A stretch of 64,000 nucleotides of DNA, taken from Octopus sinensis. Its lineage: Eukaryota. The position numbers were made by a program, and so were the translations under genes. The notes under the pieces are model-generated. The model was not told the DNA's origin, made no database searches, and was given only the letters and a program-made list of their open reading frames with translations. How positions within the stretch are numbered: position 1 is the stretch's first letter; every line of letters starts with the position of its first letter. The stretch lies in NCBI RefSeq assembly GCF_006345805.1, contig NC_043015.1, forward strand, positions 46,376,001-46,440,000, in the 5' to 3' direction. Positions 1-14,825 of this stretch are shown piece after piece.

Positions 1-48
1 TCTAATAAAGGGCCATATAAGCCCTAAACAGAAAAAGACCCATTCGCA

Positions 49-97
<49 letters not shown>

Positions 98-241
98 CAT
101 TATATATAAGGGCTTAGTAAAATAAATTACTTTGCCACATACTGAACTCATTAGAAATAGCAGCTAAAGAAATTTCTTCAGCTATATATATATATATATA
201 TATGGAGAGAGAGAGAGAGAGAGTGAGAGAGAGAGAGGGGG

Positions 242-543
242 TGGAGGCGCAATGGCCCAGTGGTTAGGGCAGCGGACTCGCGGTCGTAGGATCGCGGTTT
301 CGATTTCCAGACCGGGCGTTGTGAGTGTTTATTGAGCGAAAACACCTAAAGCTCCACGAGGCACCGGCAGGGGGTGGTGGCGAACCCTGCTGTACTCTTC
401 GCCACAACTTTCTCCCACTCTTTCTTCTGTTGGCCTGCTCGCTTAGCCAGCGGGGTGGCGTCATTTGACGGCTAAAACAATGTGAAGCGCATTGTGACCA
501 GCGATGTGTAGCAACATCTGATAGCCTGGTCGGTCACGGTGAT
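242..543 (+). mobile_element. tRNA-derived SINE family A, tail type 1
   Basis: A-box tggcccagtgg and B-box ggtttcgattt. The head and body are shared with the other family A copies. Confidence 0.85.
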
Positions 544-725
544 ATATATATAATATATATATATTATATATATATATTACATTATATATAAGGGCTTAGT
601 AAAATAAATTACTTTGCCACATACTGAACTCATTAGAAATAGCAGCTAAAGAAATTTCTTCAGCTATATATATATATATATATATATGGAGAGAGAGAGA
701 GAGAGAGTGAGAGAGAGAGAGGGGG

Positions 726-1023
726 TGGAGGCGCAATGGCCCAGTGGTTAGGGCAGCGGACTCGCGGTCGTAGGATCGCGGTTTCGATTTCCAGACCGGG
801 CGTTGTGAGTGTTTATTGAGCGAAAACACCTAAAGCTCCACGAGGCACCGGCAGGGGGTGGTGGCGAACCCTGCTGTACTCTTTCGCCACAACTTTCTCC
901 CACTCTTTCTTCTGTTGGCCTGCTCGCTTAGCCAGCGGGGTGGCGTCATTTGACGGCTAAAACAATGTGAAGCGCATTGTGACCAGCGATGTGTAGCAAC
1001 ATCTGATAGCCTGGTCGGTCACG

Positions 1024-1028
<5 letters not shown>
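726..1028 (+). mobile_element. SINE family A, tail type 1 (tandem duplicate of 242-543)
   Basis: Near-identical to 242-543, including the upstream flank. Confidence 0.85.
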
Positions 1029-1059
<31 letters not shown>

Positions 1060-4000
1060 GAGAGAGCGAGAGAGAGAGAGAGAGAACGGATTTCTTTCAG
1101 TTTCCTTCTACCAAATTCCATTCACAATTCTTTGGTCAGCCCGGTGGGGGGACTATAGAAGCCACTTGCGTAATGTGCCACGCAGTGGGACTGAAGCCGG
1201 AACTATGTTGTTGGAAAGCAAACTTCTCACCACACATCCACGTCTGCACCTATATATACAATATGTAGGCACTGGCGCTGTAATATTTTGTTTCATAAAT
1301 CCCTGTCAATCGCACTTTGCGTCAAAAACACAAGCCTCTGCTCAGAATGCCAATATATCGCTTATTGCTCAGTTTCAATCTGATGAGTTTCATCAGTGAT
1401 AAACAACCTGAGCGTTCGGAGCTAAACCAAAAATGCTTATTCTGATAAAGAAATTGGTAAACAAAATATTTACTGGTGTCTGTGACAACCAGCCAGGCTG
1501 TGATTAAATTAATATACGCACTTGAAACAACTTTAGATTAAATATACAGGCGTGTATGATATTTGTAATGTGTGAACAAAAATGGAACGGCTCTAGCTAT
1601 AATATTTCTCCCAGAGAATTTTTCAAAGAGACTAGCATAAAAATAGAACCGTTTAAACATATTATAGTACCATGTAAACATAATTTAATATCGCTGGGAC
1701 ATAATATCGTGTCGTTGAAACATGGTAAGCATTTAAACATATTATATTGCAGTTGAATTATAATACAGCATCGTTGAAAGTTAGCGTTAATGAAAAGCAT
1801 TGCCGCGCGTACACTAGTGGCTCTCGCGTTTTTTTTTTTTTGTCTGGTTCTGCAATGTTAAACATAAAGGAGCCATTGTTTGTACTAAAATATGTATATA
1901 AGACAAGATGGCTACCCAAGTGGAAAAGATGCGGCTAGATAGCAAAATCACGAAACGGTAAAGAGATGAAGAGAAACCTAGAACAACAGATGCTACCGTT
2001 GCAACTACGCTGCTTCAACAACAACAACAACAACAACAACTACTACTACTACTACTACTAATACTACTACTATTGCTGCTGCTGCTGCTACTGCTACTAC
2101 TATTAAGAGGAGGAGGTGTGCATTTGACATATCGCTATAATAGTCAAATCCATTTCGTATATTTTTAACTCATTTTTTTACTTATTTCAGTCATTTGACT
2201 GTGGCCATGCTGGAGCACCACCTTTAGTCGACCAAATCGACCCCAGAACAAATTTTTGTAAGACTATTACTTATTCTATCGTGTTTTTTGCCGACCCGCT
2301 AAGTTACGGAGATGTAATCACACCAGCATCGGTTGTCAAACGATGTTGGCGGGACAAACACAAACATAGAAACATATACACATGCCATACATATAAATAT
2401 ATACATATATACGACGGGCTTCTTTCAGTTTCTGTCTACCAAATCTACTCACAAGGCTTTGGTCGGCCCGAGGCTATAGTAGAAGACACTTGGCCAAGGA
2501 GCCACGCAGTGGGACTGAACTCGGAACCATGTGGTTGGTAAGGAAGCTACTTACCACACAGCCGCTCCTTCGCCTATAAATAGATTTGGTAAACTACAAT
2601 GGGTGTATGGTGTTCAATTCCAAGCGGATGTTTGCAGCTTTGCTGAACTGTTTGGAGAAAAGCTCGGCCTGAAAAAGGTGGAAATTAAAACTTATTATGA
2701 AGGTTGGCCGCACATCTTCATAAAAGAAATGAAATAATATGACAATCTTATAACAGCAACCGAAATACGAGGAGTACTGAGTGGCCGTGTGAGGTTCAAA
2801 TACTTTATTGAAAAACGCTGATTCATACGCACGTCTGAAAGCATTTTCGGGTCACTTCTAATTGTGTGAATCGGAAATTGGGGGGTTGATATATTGAGTT
2901 CAAAAATTTGGTACATGGTCAGTAATTCCGTGGGAGGGAGTAAGTCGATTACATCGACCCCAGTACTCAACTGATACTTATTTTTTCGACCCCGAAACGA
3001 TAGAAAGCAAAGTCGACATCGGCGGAATTTGAACTCAGGACGTGAAAGCGGACGAAATACCTATTTCTTTACTGCCCACAAGGGGATAAACATAGAGGAG
3101 ACAAACAAGGACAGACAAACAGATTAAGTCGTTTACATCGACCCCAGTGCGTAACTGGTACTTAATTTATCGACCCCGAAAAGATGAAAGGCAAAGTCGT
3201 CCTCGGCGGAATTTGAACTCAGAACGTAACGGCAGACGAAGTACGGCTACGCATTTCGCCCGGCGTGCTAACGATTCTGCCAGCGCCCCACCTTAAATAG
3301 ATTGACGTATTTATTTTTATTGCCCACAAGGAGCTAAACATAGAGAGGACAAACAAGGACAGACATAGGTATTAAGTCGATTACATCGACCCCAGTGCGT
3401 TAGTGGTACTTAATTTATCGACCCCGAAAGTGTAAAAGGCAAAGTCACCCTCGGCGGAATTTAAACTCAGAACATAAAGATAGACGAAATACCGCTAAGC
3501 ATTTCGCCCGACATGCTAACGTTTTTGCCAACTCGCCGCCTTAAATAGATTGACATATTGTCTTAATAACTCTAATGCTGAGATTTGTCTCTTGTAGTAT
3601 TTCTCTTGACTTGTCCGCAATTTCCTGCCAATGCCAACAGATCAGGAACTGCATGACTTCGCCGTACATTTATCTTATCGGGGCTTGTCACTCATGTACA
3701 ACACTCATGGGAATATTTTTTCTGAGTTACATGAGTAGTAAGTTACTTACGCACAGTTTGAACAGTTACATATACCACAAGAGAAAGTATATAAATCTTA
3801 ACGTAAATGTAACCTTGCTTTTGTATTCAGGTAGATTAATAATATAACATCAGAACATTTGCTAACATATGAACAACAGATGTAGATTTGAGAGTCAAGT
3901 GTATATGTTATATATGTAAGAACATAATGAGCGTTACATAGAAAATAACACTTACCTACTTGGAGTTCAAAGAGCTACTCAAAGTTTAGATAAATATATT

Positions 4001-4113
4001 CGTTCTCATCTGAAGCATACAGCAATAGTTATAATAGATTTACATAATGACAGAAGAGAATTATCCAGGTATGCCTGCTGCATGAAATACATACAGTAAA
4101 GTGAACGTTAACA

Positions 4114-4500
4114 TGGAAGCACTCCGTCGGTTACGACGACGAGGGTTCCGGTTGATCCGAATCAACGGAACAGCCTGCTCGTAAAATTAACGTGTAAGTG
4201 GCTGAGCACTCCACAGACACGTGTACCCCTAACGTATTTCTCGGGGATATTCAGCGTGACACAGAGAGTGACAAGGCCGGCCCTTTGAAATACAGGTACA
4301 ACAGAATCAGGAAGTAAGAGTGAGAGAAAGTTGTGGTGAAAGAGTACAGCAGGGATCACCACCATCCCCTGCCGGAGCCTCGTGGAGCTTTTTAGGTGTT
4401 TTCGCTCAATAAACACTCACAACGCCCGGTCTGGGAATCGAAACCGCGATCCTATGACCGCGAGTCCGCTGCCCTAACCACTGGGCCATTGCGCCTCCAC
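4114..4500 (-). mobile_element. SINE family A, tail type 2, full length
   Basis: TSD aacgttaacat at 4104-14 and 4502-12. Confidence 0.9.
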
Positions 4501-7500
4501 AAACGTTAACATATTTATGTAGTAATCCAAGAAATTTTGATCAATGAAAGTAGCAGCTGTAGTGATGTGGAAAAAATATGGTAATGACTAATCCGGGTAA
4601 AGGAAAACAAGGGAGACCACCCTGGAATGTAAAGTATATAAAAAAAAATTTGAAGCAGGAATTTTAATTTAGAATGAAGGGTGAGAAATTCTCTTTATTC
4701 GTCGAGTTCATATGCTTATCTTGTTCTAAGACACATTTTTAGCCTTCATGCAAGAATGTTAATCAATTCTGATTGTGGTAGAACATTTAACTGGTCAGTG
4801 ATGACATAATCAAAATGTTTGGTAGAAGAAATTTCTCGTCCAGATCGATAGTAAAAAAAAGACATCTGACCAAGTAGCAGCGCTGTGGAGCTCTTTCCGA
4901 ATTCCTTAACCACACAGTTGAAAGGCTTGAAAAGACTTCACCTCAGATGTTCAGCTGCTGTTACATACATACCAGCCTATCCTCTGCTATAGTCCAAAAT
5001 TAAAAACTGTGTGACGAAACCGGATTTAAAACACCAATATATTCAACAGCTTAAGTTCATATATCTTTTCCATTTTTATCTTTTACTTGTTTCATTCATT
5101 TGACTACGGCCATGCTGGGGCACCGCCTTGCGGAATTTTTAGTCGAATGAATCGAGCTCAGTGCTAATTTTTTTCGTTTTTGTAAGCCTGGTAATTATTC
5201 TATCGGACGCTTATGCCGGACTGCTAAGTTATGTGGACGTAAGCACACTAAAATCGGTTGTCAAGCAGTTATAGGGAAAAAATACAGACACGAACACACA
5301 TACATATATATATATAGGAGTAGGAGTGGCTGTGTAGTAAAAAGCTTGCTTCTCGTCCACATGGTTCCGGGTTCAGTCCCACTGCGTGGCACCATGGGCA
5401 AGTGTCTTCTACTATAGCCTTGGGCCGACCAAAGCCTTGTGAGTGGATTTGGTAGACTGAAACGCGGAAACTGAAAGAAGCCCGTCGTATATGTGTGTGT
5501 GTGTATGAGTGTGTGTGCGTGTGTGTATGTGTGTGTGTGTGTGTGTGTGTTTGTGTCAGTGATTGTCCCCCAAACATCGCTAGACAACCGTTGCTGGTAT
5601 ATTTGCATCCCCGTAAGGCTTGCAAAAATACGTCCTGGGGTCGATTTGCTTGACTAAAGGGTTGCTCCAGCATAACCACAGGCAAATGACTGAGAACAGG
5701 TAAAAGAGAGAGTAAAGAGTAAGAGTATATATAACGAGCTTCTTTCAGTTTCCGTCTACCATATTCAGTCACAAGGCTTTGGTAGGGCTGAAGTATGGAA
5801 GAAGAAACATACCCTTTGGTGCCACACAGTGAGACTGAATCCGGAACTCTGTCGTTGGAAACCTAGCTTTTTACCACACAGCCACGCCGACGCCTGTTTC
5901 AAGAAATATATATCACACAAAGCATCAAAAATATAAACGCACACACTCAGACACACATACAAGTACCACCTAATTGTTGAACTTTACATTAAAAGACAAA
6001 GAAAATACCATAATAACAGGTATACTGAATAAATGTTGAATTATTCAACAAACAATGACAATGTTTAAAATAAAGTAATTTTATGCATGAATGACAAGTA
6101 TGGTTTACAGTATAACATTACAGTTATAATGAAGCTAATTTGCATATCGATCCGTTACTATAATGGCTGATAACGATTGTGTTAGAAGACAGTTGTACAT
6201 TAATGTGTCTTCTTTATCATCCGCCATTACCCTCACTCAGGTCTATAACATTTCTCTTTGGTAATAGGTGTTACTTTTGTGTTTTATTTTGTTGTTTTGG
6301 TTTTGATATTTGAAACTGCTTGCTTGATTATTACCTAATTGTTGGTTGTTGTATCTCAGAAGCTATTAAAGTTTTGTTTGGTTATGATATTTGTTTCAAT
6401 TATCATTAAGCAAAGTTGATTTTTTTTTAGGGTGTGGAGCGTCTTTATGTTTTAATGTTTTGTTAATGTTTCCAAATGTCAAAGTGAGTCTTTCAGAATG
6501 TTATTTGAAAGTAGATTATGCATTCAAAAGAAAACCAACGTATGATTTAAGCTTACCAGAGAAGTTTATGTAATGTAGAAAAAGACACGTTAACAAAGTA
6601 CTCTGCGAAGCCTTCCAGCTGGGAAACATCGTGAATATTATACAAGGGTGGGCCAAAAGTCAAACACAAAATAAGTACAGCACGTTCTGGAATTATCAAA
6701 GACATGCTTCAATTTTTAAAAAAATTGAATGAAATAAATAAAATAATAAAAATAAAATATTAATGAATACACACGCACATATACACGGTGAACAAAATTG
6801 ATAATAATAATGATAATAATAATAATATGCAGTGCCAGGCAGTGGCTTTCGTGGCTGCTGATCTTAACTGATTGTCAGTGTTATCATTTACATTGTTTTG
6901 TGTTTGTATAAAAGATGGCCTACAGCATATATTCTGCTCAGTACCACAGCTTTGCTTGTCAGTTGTTTGACCTTAACCAGTTCAGCTTGTCCCTTATTGG
7001 CTGACGAGCAGAAGTAGTGGGAGCATCATCGTCATGAATTGAGAGGAATTCTTTGAGGCTTGGATAATTTACCTCAAGAAACATGGGTGTTTCGTTCAAA
7101 ACCCTTAAATAACTCATTATGCCATGCACCTTCAAATACATGCATGTATTTAACAGAATCGCACTCTAAAGTGGCGAGCTGGCAGAAACGTTAGCACGCC
7201 GAGCGAAATCTTCAGCGTTATTTCATCTGTCTTTGCGCTCTGAGTTCAAATTCCACCGAGGTCGACTTTGCCTTTCATCCTTTCGGTGTCGATAAATTAA
7301 GTACCAGCTGTGTACTAAGGTCGATCTAATCGACTTAATCCCTTTCTCTGTCCATGTTTGTCCCCCCTATCTTTAGTCTCTTGTGGGCAATAAAGAAATA
7401 AGAAACGTTAGGACGACGGACGAAATGTTTTGCGGTTTTTCGCCTGTCTTTACGTTCTGAGTTCAACTTCCACCGAGGTCAACTTTGCATGTCATCCATT

Positions 7501-8409
7501 CGGAGTTGATAAATTAAGTACCAGCTGTGTACTAGGGTCGATATAATCTACTGGCTCCCTCCCCAAAACTTTCGGACCTTGTGTCTAGAGTAGAAAATAA
7601 TGTAGTCCCACTCCGCTTTTTAGACCTACATTCATCCTGTCTGAAGCTTCTCTATAAAGACTTACTTTTGAAAATATCTTAAATGAATTAATGAATTGCA
7701 TGATTTCACTTTGTGGTAATGACCGCAAGATATGGAATAATTTTCTCATGCTGTTCTCTCCGGATTTGCTGACGAAGAAAACGCGTTTACGCATATATTT
7801 TGATAACCATTTACTTGCTAGAAAAAACTTGCAGACGGATACACCCAACACACACAAATACGCATACACTCACTCACTCAATCTCTCACTCACACGTGTG
7901 CACGCACGCATGTATACGTTTTAATATGCCAGCATTCATGTATTCCCCTGTGCTTTTCCGGTCACATCACTTATATTTTATTGAATTATAAGTCTGATTG
8001 TGATGTAATGTAATATGATATTCAAGTTCATTAGCAATAGAAAGCAATGTGCTTGCGCGTGTATGTGTGTGAGTGTGCGTGTGTGTGTATGCATGTGTGT
8101 ATTTTCGTCAATTTATTTTCCCCAGAGGCACCAGCGAATAGCAGTAAAAATAAATTTACAACCAAAACTTTTAACAATTTTCAAGACGTAGAAATCTCCA
8201 GTGTTAGCAAACAAGAGTTTAGTCTCTTTCTAGCGACAGGAAAGTTTTTGTTAAGACTTTTGTTGTTTATTATCCATCGGGGAAAAAAGTGTTTTGTTGA
8301 TATACGGGCAACACACACACACACACACACACACTCGAACATGTATGCGTGCAAAAAACATGCATGCAATAGCTGTACGTACGTACGTGTGTATATGTGT
8401 GTGTGTTGC

Positions 8410-8439
<30 letters not shown>

Positions 8440-8444
<5 letters not shown>

Positions 8445-8560
8445 AATTTCAATGGATTTCGCCCAAAATTGCCGTCGAAGTTAGTTTGTTTTGAAATAAA
8501 GAACTTGATTAGCTTAATAATCCTAACTTAATCCTGGGCAAAGCCGAGTTATACTGCTAG
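8440..8560 (+). mobile_element. Helitron 3' end remnant
   Basis: cctgggcaaagccgagttatactgCTAG|T is similar to the 3' end at 21028-21055. The 5' limit is uncertain. Confidence 0.5.
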
Positions 8561-8579
8561 TATATATTTAAATCTCCAA

Positions 8580-8808
8580 GGCGGCGAGCTGGTAGAAACG
8601 TTAGCACGCCGGGCGAAATTCGTAGCCGTATTTCGTCTGTCGTTACGTTCCGAGTTCAAATTCCGCCGAGGTCGACTTTGCCTTTCATTCTTTCGGGGTC
8701 GATAAATTAAGTACCAGTTACGCACTGGTGTCGATGTAGTCGACTTAATCCCTTTGTCTGTCCTTGTTTGTCCCCTCTGTGTTTAGCCCTTGTGGGTAGT
8801 AAAGAAAT
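8580..8808 (+). mobile_element. SINE family C (Nin/Deu-domain-like), monomer with TSD
   Basis: ggcggcgagctgg...gagttcaaattcc...gcctttcattctttcggggtcgataaattaagtacc. TSD tatatatttaaatctc at 8561-76 and 8808-23. Other monomers at 9661-9888, 13826-14040, 36600-36822 and 43679-43908. Confidence 0.88.
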
Positions 8809-9385
8809 ATATATTTAAATCTCATGATTAGTTGAGTGTTAGACAAACAACGCAACATTATAAAATCAGCTAAACCTGTTAATAGAAGCGCGAGAATGTA
8901 AGAAACTTTCCTCTCGATTTCCCACTGGAATTGGGCAAAACTAGTCAATTTTTTTGTTTTTTTCTTTTAATCCACGAAGGGGATGTTCTGGTTATAATTC
9001 TCAATGAAGTTTATTCCAATAACATATATGCTTACGTCAGTACAAATAACAGCATACAACATAACAAATATAATCGAATTTGGTGCAACAAGACAGTAAC
9101 ATCACGCAACATTGATTTGCAACGCGTATTATATTTTATAGACGTATTTTATTGATGCAAGAGTATTTGAATCGTATATTCGACGTCTTCACCTTTTACA
9201 TCATATTTCTTAAACAGACGTTTCTATTAATTGATCGATAATACGATTTCTACTCGTTAAAATAGAAACAACAGCCGAATCAACCCTGCTCTATTCTGAA
9301 TCATAGGAACCTGTTGCATAACGCTGTCCTAGATACGTAATGTTCGGAAGGGTTTCATGCTCAGAGCTGACTTGGGGATAAACAA

Positions 9386-9467
<82 letters not shown>

Positions 9468-9581
9468 CTTGCTTTCACTGGCCTTACCCACGATCCTTTT
9501 TACAATATATGTGTGTGCGTACGTGTGTGTCCATGTGTGTGTGTATGTATATATATATATATATAATATGTGTGTGTGTGT

Positions 9582-9632
<51 letters not shown>

Positions 9633-10046
9633 TTGTATATATATATATATATATATACGAAGGCGGCGAGCTGGCAGAATCATTAGCACGCCGGCGAAAT
9701 GCGTAGCCGTATTTCGTCTGCCGTTACGGTTCTGGGTTCAAATTCCGCCGAGGTCGACTTTGCCTTTCATCCTTCGAGGTCGATAAATAAGTACCAGTTA
9801 CGTTTGGGGGCGATTAATCGACTTAATCCGTTTGTCTGTCCTTGTTGCCCCCTCTATGTTTAGCTCCTTGTGGGTATGTAAAGAAATATATATATATATA
9901 TATATGTTGTTCTTCGAGATGGTCGTTTTATTTATCCTTATTTCAAAACACGATTTCATATCAGGAATCTTGCAATGCGAATTGATAAATATAACAGTTT
10001 ATATATATACATATATATATATATATTTATACAGACACATATATAT

Positions 10047-10091
<45 letters not shown>

Positions 10092-11037
10092 AGTTATTCA
10101 TTGCTTCTCCCCTCCCAATTAGATGAATAGCGCAAAGTGGACTACGTCGGAATTTCCGGTGATGATTTATAAGTCAAAGCGCTGTATAGAACACGTAGCC
10201 AGAACTAACTACTATTAATACTACTACATTTTATCCACAACTCTTCAGTTTCTTCCGAGCTACCGCTTCATATAAAACATAATTACCTACATACAAACGG
10301 CGATAGTAATTTGTTTAATTTTTACGGCATTAGAAACACCGCCACAAAGTACTTCCGCTTTTGGATGCTTGTGAAGTGACTTGCAGCCTGAATATAAAAT
10401 CCAGTTCGTAAGTGAGTTTCGTTTAGTAGACATCAAATTAGATTACGCTGAAGAGAATATCGTCTACATTTTAGTATATTTATAATGGTACTTGTTTTAC
10501 CGTGGCAAATGTCCAGGTTTAATTCGCTGAAGCGTAAGTTTTATAGTCGGGTGCATGCATGGATTATGTGGTAAAAGATTTCGCAATCACGTAGTTTGAA
10601 ATTCCATGCTACAACGTGTGCATGGTTCCCTGACCAGGAGTCCAAGAATTAGCGAATAACCAATCATATAAATGGAATACAGCGTGCGGAAGCACGACTT
10701 ATATGTTGTGTGTGTGTGTGTGTGTGTGTGTGTGGTGTACGTATGTACGTGTGTGTATGCATGTACATAAATATATATATATGTGTGTGTGTGTTATATA
10801 TATTATATATATATATATATACATACATGTACACACACACACACATATATATATATAGGCGCAGGAGTGGCTATGTGGTAAGTAGCTTGCTTACCAACCA
10901 CATGCTTCCGGATTTAGTCCTACTGCGTGGCATCTTGGGCAAGTGTATCTTCTACTCGGACCGACCAAAGCCTTGTGAGTGGATTTGGTAGACGGAAACT
11001 GAAAGAAGCCCGTCGTATATATATATATATAATGTAT

Positions 11038-11959
11038 TTCAGTCTTGAAGATGAAGATCGAACAGGACGTCCAGTTGAGTTTGATGATAAGCTCCTTGAG
11101 GCATTACTTGAAGAAAATCCTGCATTATCAGTTGAATAATTGGCAATAAAGCTTAGTTCAAACCATACAACTGTTCATCGCCATCTTCAACAACTTGGAA
11201 AGGTTCCTAAACTTGGAAAATGGGTGCCTCATGAATTGTCCGAAAGCAACCGCAAATTCCGAGTTGACATCTGCTCTTCTCTCCATTCTCGCAAACTCAT
11301 TTCACTCTTTTTGGATAGATTTGTGCCTGGTGACGAAAAATGGATCTTCTATTGAAATGTTAAACATCGTAAACAGTGGCTTGGTAAAAGAGAAAAGGCT
11401 CAACCACAATCGAGAAGGGACCTTCATGGAAAAAATGTTCTTGTCTCTGTCTGGTGGGATTACAAAGGAGTAATTCACTTTGAATTGTTACTACCTAATG
11501 CAACAATCAATGCTCAAGTCTACTGTCAGCAATTAGAGCATTTGAACCAAGCTTTGAAGAAAAAAGACCCGCTTTAGTGAATGGAAAAGGAATAATGTTT
11601 CATCATGACAATGTGCGACCCCACACTGCAAAGATCACATCACAGAAGATCGAAGAGCTTGGTTGGGAAAAAATTCCTCATCCACCTTGCTCCTTCAGAC
11701 TACCATTTGTTTCGTAGTTTACAGAATCATTTGGGGGACATAACTTTCGCAAGCCAGGAGGAGGACGAAACTGACATTTGAGATTTCTTTGCTTTGAAAC
11801 CAAAAGAGTTTTACATTGATGGGATTAAAAAGCTTGTAAATAGATTGAAGGAAGTCATCAGGGAAAGTACATTGATGATTAAATTTCAATTAAATATAAC
11901 ATTTGATCACTTGTTTCCTTTATTCAAAATTTGGACAGAACTTATGGGATCACGTGATA
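11038..11959 (+). mobile_element. Decayed mariner (D,D34D-type) transposase pseudogene, 5'-truncated, with 3' TIR
   Basis: Translates to SLEDEDRTGRP..., WVPHEL, GDEKW, VWWDYKG, HDNVRPH, APSDYHLFRSLQNHL, with stops at 11137-39 and 11353-55, a frameshift and loss of YSPDL. A TIR-like ggacagaacttatgggatcacgtga-TA lies at ~11933-11959. Confidence 0.92.
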
Positions 11960-11964
11960 GTATA

Positions 11965-12177
11965 CGAAGCGGTGCTGAAAAGTTCCTGGATTTAAGGGTG
12001 TCGTGAAAGGCTTGCTTGGAGGCCCAACCTTCTGAGTGCTTTTATCGGGTTTAGAAAACCTGAAGGACAGCTGCAATAAGTGTGTGAATCTGAGACGGGA
12101 ATATATTGAATAAAATCATAACTGATCCTCCAGTATTTTCTTTTATCCAAAGCCAGGAACTTTTCAGCATCCCCTCG
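11965..12177. mobile_element. Internally deleted mariner MITE
   Basis: TA-flanked imperfect TIRs cgaagcggtgctgaaaagttcctgg / ccaggaacttttcagcatcccctcg. The internal remnant aataagtgtgtgaatctgagacgggaatatattgaataa resembles the transposase C-terminus (KCVxLxxEYIE*). Confidence 0.8.
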
Positions 12178-12181
12178 TATA

Positions 12182-12592
12182 CTCTTACTCTTTACTCTTT
12201 TACTTGTTTCAGTCATTTGACTTCGGCCATGCTGGAGTACCGCCTTTAGTCGAGCAAATCGCCCCCGGGACTTATTCGTTGTAAGCCCAGTACTTATTCT
12301 AACAGTCTCTTTCGCCGAACCGCTAGGTGACGGGGACAGAAACACTCCAGCATCGGTTGTCAAGTGATGCTAGGGGGACAAACACATACACACAAACACA
12401 CACACACACATACATATATATACATATATACGACAAGCTTCTTTCAGTTTCCGTCTACCAAATCCACTCACAAGTCTTTGGTCGGCCCGAGGCTATAGCA
12501 GAAGACACTTGCCCAAGGTGTCACGCAGTGAGACTGAACCCGGAACCATGTGGTTGGTAAGCAAGCTACTTACAACACAGCCACTCCTGCGT
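12182..12592 (-). mobile_element. SINE family B, full copy
   Basis: Reverse complement of 17300-17730. Confidence 0.88.
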
Positions 12593-12849
12593 GTATTTTA
12601 AATGTTTATTATTTATTAGTAAGCCTCAATGCAATCGCTTCTGTTTGAACATAGGATTTTCAGACAAAATGATCCGACACACAACCATATTGAAACTCCT
12701 ACTACGAATATGAAATCAATATTGATACGTTACTAGTTTAATATCTTATTTCGAAGATATGTTACATCTACGCAATATTAAATTGCAGTGTAAGAATCAA
12801 TTCGAAATCAGGCTAGCGTAAACCATTGCTGATTGAAACAATAACACGA

Positions 12850-13078
12850 TGAAGAAGAAGAAGAAGAAGAAGAAGAAGAAGAAAGAAGAAGAAGAAGGAA
12901 GAAGAAGGAAGAAGAAGAAGGAAGAAGAAGAAAGAAGAAGGAAGAGAAGAAGAGAAGAAGAAGAAGGAAGAAAGAAGGAAGAAGAAGAAGAAGAAGAAGA
13001 AGAAGAAGAAGAAGAAGAAGAAGAAGAAAGAAGAAGAAGAAGAAGGAAGAAGAAGAAGAAGAAGAAGAAGAAGAAGAA
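12850..13078. repeat. (GAA)n purine microsatellite
   Basis: About 230 bp of pure polypurine. Confidence 0.95.
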
Positions 13079-13649
13079 CTCTTGATGTGTTAATATAACA
13101 CATAGGTTCTGTCCATCGTGATCTATGATAAACGAGGGATAACAAGTACATCAGGATACGGCGGTGTGAAAATAAAGGATAAAGTCAGACATATTTTAAT
13201 TTCGTTTAAGCAACTTCTTGTGAATACTAATGTTACAGTTTCAGCAACGCGTGACCCGAATAAATAAGCTAGCATTTCAGGAATAATACTGTTCGGTTAT
13301 GGAATCGATGCCTATTATTTAAGCTGCCAATATTGTTGTTGTTCTCGTTCTTGTTAATGTTACGGCTTCTGCTGTTCCTGTTGTTTTTAGGAAGTAATTT
13401 ATTATCTTCGTGGTTTTATATTACAAAGCGTTGGTTGTAAATGGCTGAAACATATAAACAAATGATTATCACATTGACGCCGAAATATTGCGTCAGGTAC
13501 ATCACTTACACATACATACTATATCGCATACACATACATACATACATAAATATATATTATTTTATTATATATGGATATGTGTATGTATGCGTGTGTGTAA
13601 ATATATATATATATATATACATATGCATAAACAAACACACAAAACACAT

Positions 13650-13685
<36 letters not shown>

Positions 13686-14825
13686 TACATACACACATAC
13701 ATATATATATATGTGTATATATATATATGTGTGTGTGTGTGTGTATGTGTGTGTGTGTGTGTGTGTGTGTTTGATAGAGATAGTAAGACAACAAAAGAAT
13801 GAAAGAGACCTCGATATTATGTAAATGTATTTCTTTACTACCCACAAGGGACTAAACACAGAGGGGACAAACAAGAACAGACAAACGGATTAAGTCAATT
13901 ACATCGACCCCAGTGCGTAACTGGTACTTAATTTATCGACCCCGAAAGGATGAAAGGCAAAGTCGACCTCGGCGGAATTTGAACACAGAACGTAACGGCA
14001 GACGAAATACGGCTACGCATTTCGCCCGGCGTGCTAACGTTATTATGTAAATAACGATATTATGTAAATAGCGAAATGTGTGGGTGAGAATGTGTGTGTT
14101 TCAAGTGAGAGTGGATAAGTGTATACTTATAGGCGCATGTACGTGGGTGTTCGGGCGCGCATGTGTAGGTATGGGCATGCGCGTTTACGCGAAGACTATG
14201 AACATTTTTACCCCCTTACTTTTACTCCCTCACCTTACTTAGCGGTCAATCAAATAGCTAAAATGAAAATCAAAAATCTAAAATGAAAACTGGACTGGAT
14301 TTGCGTGAAATAAAGTGCCGAACTCGAGAAATCATCGGGCCGCTCTGTTCGGGAATCGAACTTACGATGGCCGTGAGCCCAACATTTTAACCATGTAACC
14401 ACTACCTTACGCGCCTTTATACGGCATGCATACACATATACAAATACATTTACATTGGTATAAGGATAAGGATATGATGAAAACGTGATCACTAATACGA
14501 ATACGCCTTACTCATACATGTTATATACATACATATAGATATATATACATACATATATATATACATATATATACATATATATAGATGAGTGTATTTTACC
14601 TTGTTAACAATTAACACGGATAAATGAATGAATAGTTACCAGGGCAGCAAAAATCTCACAAGTAAAGATGTTGTAACTCCTTGTTTATAAAGGTTGAAAC
14701 TTCGTGTTTACATTGAATATTTGAATAATATGAATAAAAAATGGAGTTAACGCAGGTTTAAACAAGTATTTTTACTTTCTACATATTTTTTGCTAAAATG
14801 TCGTATTGACAAGTTTCGTTTTTTC

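Noticed and set aside
242-320. tRNA gene
   Set aside because: It is the tRNA-like head of a multi-copy SINE and does not form a proper cloverleaf.
1355-1402. Minus-strand CUGAUGA...GAAA...UA hammerhead-like string
   Set aside because: All three stems have mismatches or register shifts. It is at best a heavily decayed motif.
12813-13151. Poly-K/E and poly-F/L ORFs
   Set aside because: They are translations of the (GAA)n microsatellite.
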